The position numbers and the translations under genes were made by a program. Shown one piece after another: positions 60,865 to 64,000 of a DNA stretch of 64,000 bases. The stretch comes from Escherichia phage vB_EcoM-ZQ3: sequence record MW630116.1; one strand, 5' to 3'. Each line of letters starts with the position of its first letter. Position 1 is the first letter of the stretch. The notes under the pieces were generated by a model. That model saw only the letters and a program-made list of their open reading frames with translations, was not told where the DNA came from and made no database searches.

Positions 60865-61860
60865 ATGAGCATTACATCTGATGCGGTAAAACATGAAATT
60901 AACGGTTTATGTGCTTCACAGATTAAAGTGTGGTTTAAAGACCATAATGATCGCAGAGCACTTAATTATGAGCAAATTGCTATCCAAGTTCATCAATTAC
61001 TGACTAGTAAATTTGATTTTCATATGCCGTCTGAAATCTATACTAATCTACCGCGAGCGCTTATTAAAGCGTGTAAAGGTTACGGAAAATCAATGGCCGA
61101 TGGAATCTTCAGCGCGCTGAATAAACTTAACGTTCTGTCGATGATTAACTCTAACAACATCCTGCGTAATCTAGGACGTACTGATTTGTTCGGTCGGGAA
61201 CAGTGTAAAATGCCTTTGAAATGGATTGTTGCTCATCTTAACGAGAACCAAACACGTTTTATGGCCGTATCAGCACGCTTACAAATGGGCCTAGATCGTC
61301 AGATGAACTTTAAAACTCATCCACGTTATTCAGGTTCAACTGTCTTTTATAAATGTGAGCTTCAAAAGGTCGGTGGCAAAACTGTCTTAGTAGTTCGTGT
61401 AACGTTTGAAGGACGACGTCAAGGATATTTTGACCTAATCGGCTCTGGTCTTAAACATTGTGGATTTATTGACGAAGTTGATATCAAGCGAGACGGCATT
61501 GGATACCGTATTGGATATGTTTGTACTCTTAAAGAAGAGATTTCAGGACCAGCACCAGGACTAAAAGACGTTAGATATAAAGACGAGCTCGTTGAAGAAA
61601 TAAAAGAAGTTGAATATGATATCAACCAAGAAGATGCTCTTAAAGACCTTATTGATGAACTGAACCAAGACGTTATTCCGGTTCAGAAATTTGAATCAAA
61701 ACATGCTGAGCAAATCAAATACTTTGAAGCTTTGATTAACGAACTTAATGTAACTATTCAACAGACTGACGATGAAATCTCACGATTAGCAGGCTTAAAC
61801 GGTAAAAATAAAACAGAACGAGCTAATCTTATTCAGGTAGTAAAACTTCTTAAGGAATGA
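60865..61860 (+). CDS. hypothetical protein with C-terminal coiled coil
   Basis: 331 aa; RBS GAGGAA; heptad-rich C-terminal 60 aa. Confidence 0.55.
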   Translation: MSITSDAVKHEINGLCASQIKVWFKDHNDRRALNYEQIAIQVHQLLTSKFDFHMPSEIYTNLPRALIKACKGYGKSMADGIFSALNKLNVLSMINSNNILRNLGRTDLFGREQCKMPLKWIVAHLNENQTRFMAVSARLQMGLDRQMNFKTHPRYSGSTVFYKCELQKVGGKTVLVVRVTFEGRRQGYFDLIGSGLKHCGFIDEVDIKRDGIGYRIGYVCTLKEEISGPAPGLKDVRYKDELVEEIKEVEYDINQEDALKDLIDELNQDVIPVQKFESKHAEQIKYFEALINELNVTIQQTDDEISRLAGLNGKNKTERANLIQVVKLLKE

Positions 61861-61895
61861 TGTACAACCAAGGATGGTTGGAGTATAATAAATTT
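61861..61895 (+). promoter_or_regulatory. early promoter cassette (TGTACA -35, TATAAT -10)
   Basis: shares 27 identical nt TACAACCAAGGATGGTTGGAGTATAAT with cassette at 62853. Confidence 0.5.
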
Positions 61896-61915
61896 TTCAA
61901 CATGAGGAATATAAA

Positions 61916-62848
61916 ATGGCTTTTATTACACGTAGAGAACTTATCAAAGAATTTACCTCGAACGCATATACTCCAGGACCTAATCCTATCCGTATGCCTG
62001 TAAAGACTCCTGAAGAGATTGAGGAAATCTGTTCATATTATGGGATTACTTCTCGTAAGTTTACTCAATTTGAATGCGTTACTAACACACCCGTTAAAGA
62101 GTTCATTAAAAATGGCGAGTTCAGCCGTTTATTAGCCAAACAGAAACTTCGTAATTTTTGTATTGGCGGTGAAGGACAATATTTCGCTAAGCAGTTCCGG
62201 AATAACCTTAACAATCTGATGGCCATTGCTTCTCGTATTCGTCCTCAAGCAATTAACATGAAACATTTGAAATATACTTACGATAAGTTGGAAATCATGG
62301 TTATCAGTGAGAATGAGTTCACTCTTACGTATAAACCTAAGAATGATAACGTTGCTCGTGTATTCCACCAAGCGTTGGAAGTGTTAGGTGATAATATTCA
62401 CCAGATTAAAGCAATTTATTCTCGTGAGCTTAATATTATCGACCCTATCAAGAATAAGGGCCATATCGCTATCCAGGCTCGTGTATCTATTGGTAAAAAG
62501 GTTCCTGCACCATGGTGGCACAAAGACTCTGAATACTATCAAAATCTTAAAAAGGAAAATGCAACGTTCGAAGCGTCAATTATTGTCGCCCCGACTATCG
62601 GTAAGATTAATTCAGCTTCAGCACAACCTGTTATGTTTAACGGCACACCGTCGACTAAACTGGAAATCTCTAACGGTCTTCTTCCTGCCGAAGATTACTA
62701 TTATAATCAAATCAAAGCCACTGCGGACCAACTGTCTGATGAACTTGACAAAGCACAAGCTAAGCTTCGTGATGCTCAACAAGTAGTTACCAAGCTCCAG
62801 TTGCAGTACTCTAAACTTTTTAACGCAATGAATGCATTAAAATCATAA
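61916..62848 (+). CDS. hypothetical protein with C-terminal coiled coil
   Basis: 310 aa; C-terminal LSDELDKAQAKLRDAQQVVTKLQLQYSKL. Confidence 0.55.
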   Translation: MAFITRRELIKEFTSNAYTPGPNPIRMPVKTPEEIEEICSYYGITSRKFTQFECVTNTPVKEFIKNGEFSRLLAKQKLRNFCIGGEGQYFAKQFRNNLNNLMAIASRIRPQAINMKHLKYTYDKLEIMVISENEFTLTYKPKNDNVARVFHQALEVLGDNIHQIKAIYSRELNIIDPIKNKGHIAIQARVSIGKKVPAPWWHKDSEYYQNLKKENATFEASIIVAPTIGKINSASAQPVMFNGTPSTKLEISNGLLPAEDYYYNQIKATADQLSDELDKAQAKLRDAQQVVTKLQLQYSKLFNAMNALKS

Positions 62849-62852
62849 ATCA

Positions 62853-62890
62853 GTTTACAACCAAGGATGGTTGGAGTATAATGAATCTAT
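62853..62890 (+). promoter_or_regulatory. early promoter cassette (GTTTAC -35, TATAAT -10)
   Basis: near-identical to cassette at 61861. Confidence 0.5.
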
Positions 62891-62910
62891 CTTAACGAGA
62901 GGAAAATATT

Positions 62911-63861
62911 ATGACACGTTCACATTATGTTGATTATTTTGCAGGTCTTATCGCTAACGTTCATGCCCAACGTGCTTCTGGTTCATTAGGATTTGATGTT
63001 CCACACCGAGTTGTAGTAAGTGGTATTCTTCGCGATTTTGGTACATACACAGGCCAAGAAAATCATATCTGTAAAGATACTCAGAATGCGTATTCTCATT
63101 CATTAGGGACACTGCTTCAATGGTTCAAACGTTCTCGTTTATTATCTTCTACTGTAGCTCGCGATAACATTAAAAACTTTATGAAGCCGAGCTTTATTAA
63201 ATCTGTGACATCTAAAACCGATTTGGTTGAATTTACTATTATTAACGATGTTAAAAAGACTCATTTGGCTGATTGGTTATCTACCATTCCTGAAACTAAA
63301 TTTGCTGATAAATTTGCTTGTGAATTCAATAACCAAGTGAATATGCTTTTTAAACATTCACGTAAATTATTCACAGGCGGCGACGGTCGTACAAATAAAG
63401 TTCATGTTAAAGATTGGGTTACTGCAGTATTCAAACCAACTGGTAATTGTAACGCATCATTGTCAATTGATATCCAGGTTCCTTATTACTACTCACGTAA
63501 TCTCGGTACCATGAAAGCTGAAGAAATTAATAAGCATAACAAAACCGTTCGTTCGTTGTCTTATAAACTTATTACATTGTTAGAGACTATGGATGTTGTT
63601 GAAACGTTCGACGAATCCGAAGATAACGGTTCAATGTTATACAGTTCTCGTACCCGAATTAAGCTGAAGAACCCTAATATGTATAAACCTAAGCTTATTA
63701 AAGAACCTAAAGCAGAAAAGGTTGATATCATGGCTGAAGAACGTGAATACCTCAAATCTCGTCTGAAAGAAGTCGAAGCCCAGATTGCAGAACAAACTAA
63801 ATCGTTAAAAGCTCTGAATGCGAAAGCGGACGGTTTACGAAATGCCATTGAGGTTTTATAA
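62911..63861 (+). CDS. hypothetical protein with C-terminal coiled coil
   Basis: 316 aa; C-terminal EEREYLKSRLKEVEAQIAEQTKSLKALNAKADGL. Confidence 0.55.
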   Translation: MTRSHYVDYFAGLIANVHAQRASGSLGFDVPHRVVVSGILRDFGTYTGQENHICKDTQNAYSHSLGTLLQWFKRSRLLSSTVARDNIKNFMKPSFIKSVTSKTDLVEFTIINDVKKTHLADWLSTIPETKFADKFACEFNNQVNMLFKHSRKLFTGGDGRTNKVHVKDWVTAVFKPTGNCNASLSIDIQVPYYYSRNLGTMKAEEINKHNKTVRSLSYKLITLLETMDVVETFDESEDNGSMLYSSRTRIKLKNPNMYKPKLIKEPKAEKVDIMAEEREYLKSRLKEVEAQIAEQTKSLKALNAKADGLRNAIEVL

Positions 63862-64000
63862 TGAAACTACGTCTTTTAGAGGATATTGATATGAGCACTA
63901 ATCACGGCTTGGTTAAGTTTATTGACGATAGTTCAAAGATTGAATTTGTTCAGCGAGATAAAATCCACGGTGAAGAAGAGTTCGTTCCTCCGGCATGGAA
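63861..64000 (+). CDS. hypothetical protein, 5' partial (runs off window end)
   Basis: ATG overlapping upstream stop (ATAATG); open to window end. Confidence 0.4.
   Translation, partial: MKLRLLEDIDMSTNHGLVKFIDDSSKIEFVQRDKIHGEEEFVPPAW

Noticed and set aside
35779-62890. CRISPR array, suggested by many short conserved repeats
   Set aside because: Repeats are promoter cassettes at irregular spacing (200-1000 nt), each followed by an RBS and ORF, with no uniform spacers.

Overview
This window is a segment of a T4-like (T-even type) myovirus genome. From 1 to 32.3 kb it carries the late virion module on the minus strand in canonical T4 order (24, 23, 22, 21, 68, 67, 20, 19, 18, 17, 16, 15, 14, 13, wac, 12, 11, 10, 9, 8, 7, 6, 5.4, 5.x, 5, 53), bounded by rnlB on the plus strand and interrupted by a GIY-YIG homing-endonuclease gene between genes 5 and 5.1. 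From 32.3 to 35.8 kb the plus strand carries genes 4, 2, 3, 1, 57A and 57B. From 35.8 to 64 kb there is a hyperplastic early region of about 60 mostly small plus-strand ORFs: internal-protein-like genes with capsid-targeting N-termini, three tRNAs, a second endonuclease-like gene, a frameshifted nudE, lysozyme e, denV, a regB-like gene, a GrcA-like gene, a macro-domain gene, tk, rI, and nucleotidyltransferase-like and ATPase-like genes. This region is punctuated by about 20 copies of a conserved early-promoter/stem-loop cassette. The best candidates for an undescribed system are the injected internal-protein-like cargo genes and the nucleotidyltransferase/ATPase cluster at 56.4-59.8 kb. All calls rest on motif recognition, protein length and gene order recalled from T4; no database search or folding computation was possible, so T4 protein names are homology hypotheses.
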